In this document: piece after piece, positions 29,185 through 39,794 of the stretch
Position numbering within the stretch: position 1 is the first letter of the stretch
Layout of the letters: the number at the start of each line of letters is the position of its first letter
Origin: Cellulomonas sp.
GTDB taxonomy: Bacteria > Actinomycetota > Actinomycetes > Actinomycetales > Cellulomonadaceae
DNA length: 64,000 nucleotides
Assembly (NCBI RefSeq): GCF_035634735.1
Contig: NZ_DASQCJ010000002.1
Span: forward strand, 5,337 to 69,336
Direction of reading: 5' to 3'
Made by a program: the position numbers and the translations under genes
Notes under the pieces: model-generated
Database searches by the model: none
The model's input: the letters and a program-made list of their open reading frames with translations, nothing else
What the model was told of the DNA's origin: nothing

Positions 29185-29260
29185 CGCCGAGTTCGGCACC
29201 TCTGCACCCAGTTCGGCACCTCCAGGTGCCGAACTGGGCAGCGGAGTGCCGAACTCGGCG
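29185..29260. repeat. Nested double-palindrome element (GTTCGGCAC family)
   Basis: Outer arms CGCCGAGTTCGGCAC / GTGCCGAACTCGGCG; inner perfect hairpin CCCAGTTCGGCACCT-CC-AGGTGCCGAACTGGG; lies between convergent genes. Confidence 0.85.
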
Positions 29261-30004
29261 TCAGCCCGCGAGGGTGCGGGCGCGGAGCAGGACCGCGTCG
29301 AGCATCTCCTCCGTCAGGCGGCCGGTGAAGGTGTTCTGCTGGCTCACGTGGAAGCAGCCCAGCAGGGTCAGGCGCTCGCCGGTCGCCGGGCGGTCCAGGA
29401 CGACCTCGGCGCCGTGGCCGAACCGCGGGCGCGGGCGCGGCACCGCCCAGCCCTGCTCGCCGAGCGTCCGCAGCAGCGCGTCCCAGCCGAACGCGCCCAG
29501 CACCAGCGCGACCCGCGGCCGGACGAGCTCCAGCTCGCGCGCGAGCCACGGCCCGCACCGGTGCCGCTCCTCGGGCAGTGGCTTGTTGTCCGGTGGCGCG
29601 CAGTGCACCGGCGCGGTGATCCGGACGCCGGTCAGGGTCAGCCCGTCGCCGGCGTGCGTCGACGTGGGCTGGGACGCCATGCCGACGCGGTGCATCGCGG
29701 CGAACAGGAAGTCGCCCGACCGGTCGCCGGTGAACATCCGGCCCGTCCGGTTGGCGCCGTGCGCGGCGGGCGCGAGCCCGACGACCAGCACGGGTGCCGC
29801 GGGGTCGCCGAAGCCGGGCGCCGGCCGGGCCCAGTACTCCTGGTCCCGGTAGGCGGCGCGCTTCACGGTCGCGACGTGCTCGCGCCAGGCGACGAGCCGC
29901 GGGCAGGCGCGGCACTCGACCACGGCGCCGTCGAGCTCGGCGAGGTCGCGCGCGCCGGGCGCGGTCGCGGCGGGGAACCCGGGGTCGTCGGGCAGCGCGG
30001 GCAC
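29261..30004 (-). CDS. udgB: Family 5 uracil-DNA glycosylase (Fe-S)
   Basis: [39 protein letters not shown]-terminal HVSQQNT. Confidence 0.92.
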   Translation of the reverse strand: MPALPDDPGFPAATAPGARDLAELDGAVVECRACPRLVAWREHVATVKRAAYRDQEYWARPAPGFGDPAAPVLVVGLAPAAHGANRTGRMFTGDRSGDFLFAAMHRVGMASQPTSTHAGDGLTLTGVRITAPVHCAPPDNKPLPEERHRCGPWLARELELVRPRVALVLGAFGWDALLRTLGEQGWAVPRPRPRFGHGAEVVLDRPATGERLTLLGCFHVSQQNTFTGRLTEEMLDAVLLRARTLAG

Positions 30005-30015
30005 GGCGACGCGGC

Positions 30016-30636
30016 TCAGGCGAACCGGTCCGGGTCGCCCGCGCCCGCGCGGACCACCTCGGGGTAGCCCTCGGACCAGTCCACGACCGTCGTCGGCTCG
30101 GCGGACACCTCGCCCGCCTCGATCACGGCGTCGACCACGTGGTCGAGCTCCTCCTTGACCGTCCAGCCGTCGGTCTGCGGCTCGGTGTCGCCCGGCAGGA
30201 TCAGCGTCGAGGACAGCAGCGGCTCGCCGAGCTCGTGCAGGATCGCCTGCACCACCCGGCTGTCGGGGATGCGCACGCCGACGGTCTTCTTCTTGGGGTG
30301 CGCGAGCCGCCGCGGCACCTCCTTGGTCGCCGGCAGGATGAACGTGTACGGCCCCGGCGTCGCCGCCTTGATCGCCCGGAACGGCGCGTTGTCGAGCCGC
30401 ACGAGCTGCCCGAGCTGGGCGAAGTCCGTGCACATGAGCGTGAAGTGGTGCTTGTCGGTCAGGTGCCGGATCGCGCGGATGCGGTCGGCGCCGGTGTGGC
30501 TCTCCATCCGGCAGCCGAGCGCGTACCCGGAGTCGGTGGGGTAGGCGATCAGCGCGTCGTCGCGCAGCAGCTGCACGACCTGGCCGATCGACCGGGCCTG
30601 CGGGTCGTGGGGGTGGACGTCGAAGAACCGGGCCAT
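30016..30636 (-). CDS. Sua5/YciO/YrdC family protein
   Basis: [43 protein letters not shown]. Confidence 0.9.
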   Translation of the reverse strand: MARFFDVHPHDPQARSIGQVVQLLRDDALIAYPTDSGYALGCRMESHTGADRIRAIRHLTDKHHFTLMCTDFAQLGQLVRLDNAPFRAIKAATPGPYTFILPATKEVPRRLAHPKKKTVGVRIPDSRVVQAILHELGEPLLSSTLILPGDTEPQTDGWTVKEELDHVVDAVIEAGEVSAEPTTVVDWSEGYPEVVRAGAGDPDRFA

Positions 30637-30707
30637 GCGCACGAGGGTGGCACGGCGCCCGCGCGCCGACCACCCCGGGATCGCGGGGCACGCGCCGGCG
30701 CGCGGAG

Positions 30708-31307
30708 TCAGCCCAGGACCGCCACCAGGAAGTCGGCCTCCGGCCCGAACGGCCGCAGGTCCCAGGTCGCGAACCGCTGCTGCACGGCGAACCCCGCGGC
30801 CGCGGCGTCGGCGTCGAGCGCCTCGAACGCGTACCCGCGACCCGCCCCGAACCCGACGACCAGCCGCCCGCCCGGCGCGAGGTGCGCGCGGATCCGCCGC
30901 AGCACCTCGGCCTCCGTCCCCGGCGCGACGAACGTCAGGACGTTGCCCGCCATGACCGCGACGTCGAACGGCTCGGCGACGCCCGCGGCGGGCAGGTCGA
31001 GCTCGGCCAGGTCGCCGACGTGCCACTCGCCCTCGGGGTGGTCGGCGCGCGCGGCCTCGACCAGCAGCGGGTCGACGTCGACCCCGACCACGGCGTGCCC
31101 GCGCCGCGCGAGCTCGCCGCCGACCCGGCCGGGTCCGCAGCCGGCGTCCAGGACCCGCGACCCGCGCGGCAGCATGGCGTCGACCAGCCGCGCCTCGCCG
31201 GCCAGGTCCGCGCCCTCGGCCGCCATCGAGCGGAACCGCTCGACGTACCAGGCGGACCGGTCGGGGTTCTGCTGGCCGATCTGCTCCCAGCGGGTGGGCT
31301 GGCGCAT
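30708..31307 (-). CDS. Class I SAM-dependent methyltransferase
   Basis: [30 protein letters not shown]. Confidence 0.9.
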   Translation of the reverse strand: MRQPTRWEQIGQQNPDRSAWYVERFRSMAAEGADLAGEARLVDAMLPRGSRVLDAGCGPGRVGGELARRGHAVVGVDVDPLLVEAARADHPEGEWHVGDLAELDLPAAGVAEPFDVAVMAGNVLTFVAPGTEAEVLRRIRAHLAPGGRLVVGFGAGRGYAFEALDADAAAAGFAVQQRFATWDLRPFGPEADFLVAVLG

Positions 31308-31391
31308 GACGCTCCTCCGGACGGCGGCTGACGACGGGGCGGCTCCGAGCCTAGGGCCCGGTCCGCCCCGTCGTCCGGGACCGCCGGCGCG

Positions 31392-31856
31392 TCAGCGGCG
31401 GACGGCCTTCGTCGCCTTCTTGGCCGCCTTCGCGCCGGCCTTCTTGGCCGACGACGTCAGGGTGTCGATCAGGTACGACGCCGCGGCGCCCAGGATGACG
31501 ACGTCCTTCGCGATCCCGACGCCGTCCGGGTTCGGCCGCGGGTCGCCCTCGCCGCGGTGCAGCGCGGGGGTGCGGAGGTACATGCCGACGAGCGCCGCGG
31601 AGAACGCGGTGAACCCGGTGGCGACGACGACGCGGGGCAGCACCGGGACCAGCAGCGCCGTGCCCAGGCCGACCTCCGCGGCGCCCAGCGCCGTCGCGAA
31701 CGTCTTCGGCTCTACGCCGGACAGGAGCGGGTACGCGCCCGCGGCGGTGCCGTGCAGGCCCGTGGCCGTGTCCTCGTCGGCGCCGAGCTTGTCGAGGCCG
31801 GAGTTCAGGATGTACGCGCCGGCGCCCAGGCGCAGCGGCAGGTGGCGGAGCTTCAC
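31392..31856 (-). CDS. DoxX-like membrane protein
   Basis: [35 protein letters not shown]. Confidence 0.65.
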   Translation of the reverse strand: MKLRHLPLRLGAGAYILNSGLDKLGADEDTATGLHGTAAGAYPLLSGVEPKTFATALGAAEVGLGTALLVPVLPRVVVATGFTAFSAALVGMYLRTPALHRGEGDPRPNPDGVGIAKDVVILGAAASYLIDTLTSSAKKAGAKAAKKATKAVRR

Positions 31857-31923
31857 GCGGTCCTCCTCGAAGTGGGTGTGCCTCGACGCTACGGCGGCGC
31901 GCCCGGGCCCGCAGGGCGACGCC

Positions 31924-31954
31924 TTGACTTCGAGCGCGCTCCAAGGAGGACCGT
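31924..31954 (+). promoter_or_regulatory. MerR-type promoter/operator
   Basis: -35 TTGACT, 19-bp spacer, -10-like GACCGT; dyad CTTCGAGCGCGCTCCAAG (31928-31945). Confidence 0.7.
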
Positions 31955-31962
31955 CCTGTCCC

Positions 31963-32985
31963 ATAAGCCTCACGACCCGCACCCTCGGCAGCGCCGCGCA
32001 CGGCACCGCGCTCACCGTCTCCGCCCTCGGGCTCGGCTGCATGGGCATGTCCGAGTTCTACGGCGCGACCTCCACCCCCGGCTCCGACCAGGAGCGCGAG
32101 TCGGTCGCGACGATCCACCGCGCGCTCGACCTCGGCGTCACGCTGCTGGACACGGCCGACATCTACGGCCCGCACACCAACGAGCGCCTGGTCGGCCGCG
32201 CGATCGCCGGCCGCCGCGACGAGGTCGTGCTCGCCACCAAGTTCGGCATCGTCCGCGACCCGGACCCGACGGTGACCCGCCGCGGCGTCGACGGCCGGCC
32301 CGCGTACGTCCGGGCGGCGCTGGACGCCAGCCTGCAGCGGCTCGGCGTCGACCACGTGGACCTGTACTACATGCACCGGATGGACCCGGCGGTCCCCGTC
32401 GAGGACACCGTGGGCGCGCTCGCGGAGGCGGTGCAGGCGGGCAAGGTGCGGCACCTCGGGCTGTCCGAGGCCGGCCCGGCCACGATCCGCCGCGCGCACG
32501 CCGTGCACCCGATCACCGCGGTGCAGACCGAGTACTCGCTGTGGACCCGGGACGTCGAGGCCGAGGTGCTGCCCACGCTGCGCGAGCTCGGCATCGGCCT
32601 GGTGCCGTACTCGCCGCTCGGCCGCGGCATGCTCACCGGCGCGATCACCGCGGCCTCGGACCTCGCGGCCGACGACTTCCGCCGGGCCAACCCGCGGTTC
32701 GCCGGGGAGGCCTTCGACGCCAACCGCGCGCTGGTCGAGCGGGTGCAGGCGCTCGCGGCCGAGCGCGGCGTCACGGCGGCGCAGCTCGCGCTCGCCTGGG
32801 TGCTGGCCCAGGGCGAGGACGTCGTGCCGATCCCGGGCACCCGCCGGGTCCGCTACCTCGAGCAGAACGTCGGCGCGGCGGACGTGCGGCTCACCGCCGA
32901 GGACCTCGCGGCGCTCGCGGACGCCGTCCGGCCGCAGGACGTCGTCGGCGACCGGTACCCCGACATGTCGACCATCGGGCGGTGA
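31963..32985 (+). CDS. Aldo/keto reductase with apparent ATA in place of the start codon
   Basis: [57 protein letters not shown] is in frame at 31963, and the first ATG falls inside the conserved motif. Confidence 0.85.
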   Translation: MSLTTRTLGSAAHGTALTVSALGLGCMGMSEFYGATSTPGSDQERESVATIHRALDLGVTLLDTADIYGPHTNERLVGRAIAGRRDEVVLATKFGIVRDPDPTVTRRGVDGRPAYVRAALDASLQRLGVDHVDLYYMHRMDPAVPVEDTVGALAEAVQAGKVRHLGLSEAGPATIRRAHAVHPITAVQTEYSLWTRDVEAEVLPTLRELGIGLVPYSPLGRGMLTGAITAASDLAADDFRRANPRFAGEAFDANRALVERVQALAAERGVTAAQLALAWVLAQGEDVVPIPGTRRVRYLEQNVGAADVRLTAEDLAALADAVRPQDVVGDRYPDMSTIGR

Positions 32986-33004
32986 GCGGCGCATGCTGAG
33001 GGGC

Positions 33005-33415
33005 GTGACCGAGGACAGCCGCACCCTCACCATCGCCGAGGCCGCCGCGGCGACCGGGCTGACGCCGCACACGCTCCGGTACTACGAGCGCGACGGGCTG
33101 CTGCTCGACGCAGTCGAGCGCGCGTCCTCGGGGCACCGCCGGTACACCGAGCGCGACCTCGGCTGGATCCACCTGCTGACCCGGCTGCGCGCGACCGGCA
33201 TGCCGATCCGGGAGATCCGGGAGTACGCCGAGCTGGTCCGGCAGGGCGAGGGCACGGAGCCGCAGCGGATGGCGCTGCTGCAGGCGCACCGGGACGCCGT
33301 GCGGGCGCAGCTGGCGGAGGTGACCGAGCACCTGGCGGCGATCGAGATGAAGATCGACGTCTACGCGGGGCGGCTCGGGTCGGGGGCGCCGGTGCCGGAG
33401 GCGGCGGTGGGCTGA
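33005..33415 (+). CDS. MerR family transcriptional regulator
   Basis: TIAEAAAATGLTPHTLRYYERDGLL, GHRRYT, GMPIREI. Confidence 0.93.
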   Translation: MTEDSRTLTIAEAAAATGLTPHTLRYYERDGLLLDAVERASSGHRRYTERDLGWIHLLTRLRATGMPIREIREYAELVRQGEGTEPQRMALLQAHRDAVRAQLAEVTEHLAAIEMKIDVYAGRLGSGAPVPEAAVG

Positions 33416-33437
33416 CCGCGTGCCCCGGCGCGCCGCC

Positions 33438-35519
33438 TCACACCGGCGCCAGGTGCCCCGGCCGGACCTCGTAGTCCCCGGGCGCGAGCACCACCTCGCC
33501 CCGCCCGCCGGTCAGGGCGCGCAGGTCGAGCGCGTACCGGACGACCTCGGCCTCCGGCACCACCGCCTCGATCCGCACCCGACCGTCGTCGATGGTGCTG
33601 CTCGCGCTGATCCGCCCGCGCCGCCCGGACAGGTCGCCGAGCACGTCGCCCTGCGCCTCGGGCGGCACGACGACCGTGACCCGCAGCGTCGGCTCCAGCA
33701 GCACGGTGCCGGCGGAGGCGAGCGCGGCGCGGACGCCGGCGGCGGTGGCGGTGCGGAACGCCATGTCGGACGAGTCGACGGCGTGCGCCTTGCCGTCGTA
33801 CACCTCGACCTGGACGTCGACCACGGGGTGCCCGAGCGGGCCGCCCGCGGCCAGCGCCTCCGCGGCGCCGCGCTCGACGGCGGCCAGGTAGGACCGCGGC
33901 ACCGCGCCGCCGACCACGGAGTCGACGAACGCGAACCCCGACCCCGGGGGCAGCGGGCTGAGCCGGAGCTGCACGACGGCGAACTGCCCGTGGCCGCCGG
34001 ACTGCTTCTTGAGCCGGCCCTCGGCCTCCGCGGCCCGGGCGATCGTCTCCCGGTACGCGATCCGCACCGGCTCGGTGGTGACGTGCACGCCGAACACCCG
34101 GGCCAGCCGCTCGACCGCGACCGCGAGGTGGGCGTCGCCGAGCCCGCGCAGCACGGCCTGGTGCGCGGTGCGCTCGACCACCAGCGTCGGGTCCTCGGCG
34201 GCGAGCCGGGTGAGCGCGCCGGACAGCTTGTCGTCGTCGGCCTGGCTGACCGGGACCAGCGCGAGACCGATCACGGGCGGCCGGGCGGGCAGGGTCGCGG
34301 GGCGGACCGGCTGGGCGCGCGCGGCGAGCAGCGTGCCCGTCGGGGCGGAGCCGAGCTTGGCGACCGCGGCGATCCCGCCGGCGGCGACCGCGTCGACCGG
34401 CAGGTGCTCCCGGCCCCGGAGGCGGAACAGGCCGTGCAGCCGCTCCTCGCCGCCGGTGGGGGTCGCCAGCCGGTCCCCGGAGCGCACCGTGCCGGACAGC
34501 ACCTTGAACACCGACACCTGCCCCACGAACGGGTCGGCCACCGTGCGGAACACGTGCAGCACCGTCTCGCCGGCGGGGTCCGCGGGCAGATCGGTCTCCG
34601 CGCCGTCGTCGGGGCCGCCGCCCCCGACCCGCAGCCGCGCGGGCCGGTCCGCCGGCGCCGGGCCGATCTCGCACACCAGATCGGCCAGCCGGTCGATGCC
34701 GACCCCGGTGGCCGCGGACGCGACCAGCACGGGCACGGCCCCACCGGACGCGACCTCGCGGGCGAGCGTGCGCTCCAGGTCGACGGGGCCGGGCTCGTCG
34801 CCGGACAGGTACCGCTCCAGCTGGTCGTCGTCGTGGGCGACGATCTCCTCCGTCACCTCGCCGTGCAGCCGGTGCTCCTCCTCGGCGACGTCGGCGGGCA
34901 GGTCGCAGTCGCGGTGCCGGCCGTCGGCGCCGTAGTCGAACCCGCGGTCGGACAGCACGTCGGCGACCCCGTGCAGCGCCTGCTCCTCGCCGAGCGGCAG
35001 CTCCAGCGGCAGCACCGCGGCGGCGTCGTGCCCGGTGCGGACGGCCAGGTCGCGGACCTGGTCGAGCACCCGGTGGAAGTCGGCGCGGGCGCGGTCCTCC
35101 TGGGAGACGACGACGAGGCGGGGGATCCCCGCCTCGTCGCACCGCCGCCACGCCGCCTCCGTCCCGGACTGGACCCCGTCGACGGCGCTCACCACCACCA
35201 CCGCGAGGTCCGCGACCGCGAGGGCCGCGTCCACCGCCCCCGCGAAGTCGGGCGCCCCCGGGGTGTCCAGGAGGGTCATCCGGTGCGGGCGGCCCTGGCT
35301 GCACGTCCAGTCGAGGTCGGCCACGCCGAGCGCCACGGAGGAGCCGCGGGCCACCTCCTCGGGCTCGTGGTCGCAGACCGTCGAGCCGTCCTCGACCCGG
35401 CCGGCGCGGGGGACGGCCCCCGCGCGCAGCAGCAGGGCCTCGGCGAGTGTCGTCTTGCCGGATCCGGCGTGGCCGACGAGCGCCACGTTCCGGACCGTCG
35501 GCGTCGTTGCCGCGTCCAT
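33438..35519 (-). CDS. Elongation factor G-like protein (EF-G2 type)
   Basis: GHAGSGKTT, DTPG, IAYRETI, KKQSGGHGQFA, DSSDMAF, LLEP; G4 degenerate. Confidence 0.9.
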   Translation of the reverse strand: MDAATTPTVRNVALVGHAGSGKTTLAEALLLRAGAVPRAGRVEDGSTVCDHEPEEVARGSSVALGVADLDWTCSQGRPHRMTLLDTPGAPDFAGAVDAALAVADLAVVVVSAVDGVQSGTEAAWRRCDEAGIPRLVVVSQEDRARADFHRVLDQVRDLAVRTGHDAAAVLPLELPLGEEQALHGVADVLSDRGFDYGADGRHRDCDLPADVAEEEHRLHGEVTEEIVAHDDDQLERYLSGDEPGPVDLERTLAREVASGGAVPVLVASAATGVGIDRLADLVCEIGPAPADRPARLRVGGGGPDDGAETDLPADPAGETVLHVFRTVADPFVGQVSVFKVLSGTVRSGDRLATPTGGEERLHGLFRLRGREHLPVDAVAAGGIAAVAKLGSAPTGTLLAARAQPVRPATLPARPPVIGLALVPVSQADDDKLSGALTRLAAEDPTLVVERTAHQAVLRGLGDAHLAVAVERLARVFGVHVTTEPVRIAYRETIARAAEAEGRLKKQSGGHGQFAVVQLRLSPLPPGSGFAFVDSVVGGAVPRSYLAAVERGAAEALAAGGPLGHPVVDVQVEVYDGKAHAVDSSDMAFRTATAAGVRAALASAGTVLLEPTLRVTVVVPPEAQGDVLGDLSGRRGRISASSTIDDGRVRIEAVVPEAEVVRYALDLRALTGGRGEVVLAPGDYEVRPGHLAPV

Positions 35520-35574
35520 CGCACGTCCTTCGAGGATCAGGTGCCGGGACGGCCAGGCTAACCACGCCGGTCGC

Positions 35575-35619
35575 GGGAAAGACAGGGACCTCGGCCGCTG
35601 GTGCGACCGAGGTCCCTGT
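35575..35619 (-). terminator. Intrinsic terminator downstream of the FKBP gene
   Basis: 13-bp stem ACAGGGACCTCGG / CCGAGGTCCCTGT followed by CTTTCCC on the minus strand. Confidence 0.7.
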
Positions 35620-35642
35620 GCTGCGTGCCCCGCCGGGTGCGA

Positions 35643-36572
35643 TCAGGACGCGGCGAGGATGTCCACCACGAAGATCAGCGTCGAGTTGGCCGGGATGCTG
35701 CCCGACTCCTGGTCGCCGTAGCCGAGGTCCGGCGGGACGATCAGCAGCACCTGGCTGCCGACGGTCTGGCCGACCAGGCCCTGCTGCCAGCCCTGGATGA
35801 CGTTCGTCAGCGGGAAGGTCGTGGCCGAGCCGCGGTCCCAGGACGAGTCGAACGAGGTGCCGTCCCACAGCCAGCCGCTGTACTGCACGGTCAGGGTCTG
35901 GCCGGCCTCGACCGCCGCGCCGGCGCCCTGGATCAGCGGCTGCACGACGAGCTCGGTCGGCGGGTCGGTGTCGAGCGGCTCGATCGACGGCGCGCCGTCC
36001 TCGTCGAGGGTGACGGTCGGCAGGCCCTCGGGCAGCGGGGTCACCGCGGTGCCCTCGGCGCGGGTCGGGACCGCCTGGGTGCCGGCGATCTCGACGGCGA
36101 GCAGCGACGTCGTGCCGTTGGCCGGGTTCGCGAACAGGACGCGGGCGCCGACCTGCTGGCCGACGAGCTCGTCGAGCAGCGCCTGCGGCAGGTTGTCGCT
36201 GGTCGCGAGGTAGTCCTGCGGCTCGGCGCCGTAGGTGCCGCCCAGGGTGCTGCCGTCCTCGCCGCTCACCGCGGCGATGTTGACGGTGACCAGGTCGCCC
36301 TCGGCCACGGGGTCGCCCGTGCCGGGGGTGACGACCCGCGCGACCGGCGCCGAGACCGTGAACGGCTGCTCGAAGTCGAAGGTGGGCTCCTGGCCGGCGT
36401 CGCCGGTGAGGGTCACGGCCTCGAGGGCGGCGACGTCCTCGGCGGACGCCGTGGCCGCGGCCGTGGCGGTCGCGGAGGAGCTGGGGGAGGCGGAGTCGTC
36501 GGAGCCCCCGTCGCTGCACGCGGCGAGCAGCAGCAGGGACGCGGCGAGGAGGGTGGCGGCCGTACGGCGCAC
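35643..36572 (-). CDS. FKBP-type peptidyl-prolyl isomerase lipoprotein (two FKBP-like domains)
   Basis: Lipobox LAAC; VQYSGWLWDGTSFDSSW, VIQGWQQGL, IVPPDLGYG, IPANSTLIFVVDI. Confidence 0.92.
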   Translation of the reverse strand: MRRTAATLLAASLLLLAACSDGGSDDSASPSSSATATAAATASAEDVAALEAVTLTGDAGQEPTFDFEQPFTVSAPVARVVTPGTGDPVAEGDLVTVNIAAVSGEDGSTLGGTYGAEPQDYLATSDNLPQALLDELVGQQVGARVLFANPANGTTSLLAVEIAGTQAVPTRAEGTAVTPLPEGLPTVTLDEDGAPSIEPLDTDPPTELVVQPLIQGAGAAVEAGQTLTVQYSGWLWDGTSFDSSWDRGSATTFPLTNVIQGWQQGLVGQTVGSQVLLIVPPDLGYGDQESGSIPANSTLIFVVDILAAS

Positions 36573-36667
36573 GTGCTCGTCCTTCGGTCGGGTGCGGGGG
36601 TTGCGGTGGGCCATCGTAGGCGCCCTGGCTGGGACACCCCTGGGGCCGGGGTCGCGGGCGGCCTGCG

Positions 36668-37063
36668 TCAGGGCCGGGCGACCATCGCGTCCGCGTGCCG
36701 CACGATCCAGCCCATCAGCGGGAGCAGGTGGTCCGCCAGGTCCCGGCCGAGCGGCGTGAGCGAGTAGTCGACCCGGGGCGGGATGGACGGGGTGGCCTCG
36801 CGGAGCACCAGGCCGTCGGCCTCCAGCGTGCGGAGCGTCGAGGCGAGCATCTTCTCGCTGATGCCCTCGACCAGGCGGCGCAGCTCGCCCCAGCGCAGCG
36901 TCCGCTCGGACAGGGCGACCAGGACGAGGACGCCCCACTTGCTGGTGACGTGGTCGAGCACCACCCGGCTCGGGCACGCGGAGGCCAGCACGCCGTCGGT
37001 GAGCAGGTCGCCCAGGACCGATCCGGGGGTGGTCGGGGCCGTGTCCTCGATGCTTACCGCCAT
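36668..37063 (-). CDS. HxlR family winged-helix regulator
   Basis: CPSRVVLDHVTSKWGVLVL, GISEKML, PPRVDYSLT; divergent from the reductase. Confidence 0.9.
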   Translation of the reverse strand: MAVSIEDTAPTTPGSVLGDLLTDGVLASACPSRVVLDHVTSKWGVLVLVALSERTLRWGELRRLVEGISEKMLASTLRTLEADGLVLREATPSIPPRVDYSLTPLGRDLADHLLPLMGWIVRHADAMVARP

Positions 37064-37182
37064 GCCAGTACCTTACGCGAAAGTGGGTACCGGCGATCGG
37101 GAAGGGTGGGCGGGCGACCGCGGTTGCGGGAGGTGCCGGACGCGTCAGGCGGCCGGCCACCGCCCTACCTCGGAGGAACCTC

Positions 37183-38046
<864 letters not shown>

Positions 38047-38063
38047 CGGCCCGGTCTCCTCGT

Positions 38064-38135
38064 CGAGATAGGGCCGCCCCGCCGAGATAGGTCCCGAGGT
38101 GGTCCTATCTCGGCGCGCAGGCCCTATCTCGGCGG
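38064..38135. repeat. Nested double-palindrome element (GAGATAGG family)
   Basis: CGAGATAGGGCC 38064, GCCGAGATAGG 38081, CCTATCTCGGC 38104, GGCCCTATCTCGGC 38120; same core as the element at 1002. Confidence 0.85.
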
Positions 38136-38195
38136 GGGCTGGGGAGAGGAGCGCTCCGGATGCCGGGGCGGCCGGTCGGTGTGAGGCTCGATCGC

Positions 38196-39206
38196 ATGAC
38201 GCGATTCGGGTACACCCTCATGACCGAGCAGTCCGGGCCCAAGCAGCTCGTGGGGTACGCGGCCGACGCCGAGAAGACCGGCTTCGACTTCGTGGTCTCC
38301 TCCGACCACTACTTCCCGTGGCTCGACGAGCAGGGGCACGCGCCGTACGCCTGGTCGCTGCTCGGCGCCGTGTCGCAGGTGACGTCCCGCGTCGACCTGA
38401 TGACCTACGTGACCTGCCCGACCGTCCGGTACCACCCGGCCGTGGTCGCGCAGAAGGCCGCCACCCTCGGCGTGCTGTCCGACGGCCGGTTCACCCTCGG
38501 CCTCGGCGCGGGCGAGAACCTCAACGAGCACGTCGTCGGCGAGCGCTGGCCCGCGGTCGGCGAGCGGCACGACATGCTCGAGGAGGCGATCGAGATCATC
38601 CGGTCGCTGCTCGACGGCGACCGGCTGACGTTCGACGGCGTGCACTTCCGCACCGACTCCGCGCAGCTCTGGGACCTCCCGGAGTCCCCGGTCGAGATCG
38701 GCGTGGCGGTGTCCGGCGCGCAGTCGGTGTCCCGGTTCGCCCCGCTGGCCGACCACCTGGTGGCGACGGACCCCGAGGCGGACCTGCTGCGGTCCTGGGA
38801 CGAGGCCCGCGCGCAGGCCGCGGACGCGATCGGGGGCCAGGCGCCGCCGCCGTCGCGCAAGATCGGCCAGATCCCGATCTCGTGGGACCCTGATGCGGCC
38901 ACCGCGAAGGAGCGCGCGCACGAGCAGTTCCGCTGGTTCGCCGGCGGGTGGGGCGTGAACGCCGACCTGCCGACGACCGAGGCGTTCGCCGCGGCGAGCC
39001 AGTACGTGCGGCCGGACGACGTCGCGGAGACCATCCCGTGCGGGCCCGACCTGGACGCGATCGTCGCAAAGATCCAGCCCTACTGGGAGGCCGGGTTCAC
39101 GGACATCGCGCTGGTCCAGGTCGGCGACCAGGCGCAGCAGCGGTTCCTCGACGAGGTCGCCGAGCCGCTGCTGGCGAAGCTCCGGGACGCCGCGCCGTCC
39201 TCCTGA
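38196..39206 (+). CDS. LLM-class F420-dependent oxidoreductase (G6PDH family)
   Basis: TLMTEQSGP, SDHYFPW, TCPTVRYHPAVVAQ, LGLGAGENLNEH. Confidence 0.88.
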   Translation: MTRFGYTLMTEQSGPKQLVGYAADAEKTGFDFVVSSDHYFPWLDEQGHAPYAWSLLGAVSQVTSRVDLMTYVTCPTVRYHPAVVAQKAATLGVLSDGRFTLGLGAGENLNEHVVGERWPAVGERHDMLEEAIEIIRSLLDGDRLTFDGVHFRTDSAQLWDLPESPVEIGVAVSGAQSVSRFAPLADHLVATDPEADLLRSWDEARAQAADAIGGQAPPPSRKIGQIPISWDPDAATAKERAHEQFRWFAGGWGVNADLPTTEAFAAASQYVRPDDVAETIPCGPDLDAIVAKIQPYWEAGFTDIALVQVGDQAQQRFLDEVAEPLLAKLRDAAPSS

Positions 39207-39267
39207 ACCCCCCGCTTGCGCAACCGTCAGGTTTCTCACCCGATCAGTTGAGAGGGAGGTGCGGCCG

Positions 39268-39633
39268 ATGGCCGTCACCGCGTTCCAGGACCTGCCGCTG
39301 GCCGACCGCGACCGCGCGTGGGACGGCGCCGCCGCCGAGAAGCGCGTCCGCGCGTGGGCGGACGCCGAGGACGAGCCGAACCCGAAGTACCGCGACGCGC
39401 ACGTCTGGTACGACGCCGACGCCAAGCAGAACTTCACCGCCTACAAGCTGCTGATCGCCGACGTCGTGGGCGGGAAGCTCGTCGCGGTGCCGCGGGGCGT
39501 GTTCGCCGCGGCGGCCGTCATGCAGGGCTCGCGCGGCGGGGTCGACCTGCCGGCGAAGGACGTCGACCGGGTCAAGAGCCACCTCGCGAAGTACTACGCG
39601 AAGCTCGACGAGACCCCGCCCTGGGAGGACTGA
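39268..39633 (+). CDS. Conserved hypothetical protein
   Basis: GGAGG RBS; host-like codon usage; LPLADRDRAWDG...YKLLIADV...VPRGVFAAAAVMQGSRGG. Confidence 0.8.
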   Translation: MAVTAFQDLPLADRDRAWDGAAAEKRVRAWADAEDEPNPKYRDAHVWYDADAKQNFTAYKLLIADVVGGKLVAVPRGVFAAAAVMQGSRGGVDLPAKDVDRVKSHLAKYYAKLDETPPWED

Positions 39634-39794
39634 GGGCGGGTCGGTTCCCCGGTGCGGCGCGCGACCCCTCGCCGCACCCCCGCGCGGGGGCGTCCGCGGC
39701 CCCGCTCGCCGGGGCTGCGGACGCCCCGATTCGGGTGCCCGAATCGGCGCGGATCGCGTGACTCCGGGCTCCGGGGCGCCCACCATGGAGCACC

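Noticed and set aside
39640-39790. yybP-ykoY (Mn) riboswitch upstream of the VIT1 gene
   Set aside because: Hairpins are present, but I could not find the conserved aptamer motifs.
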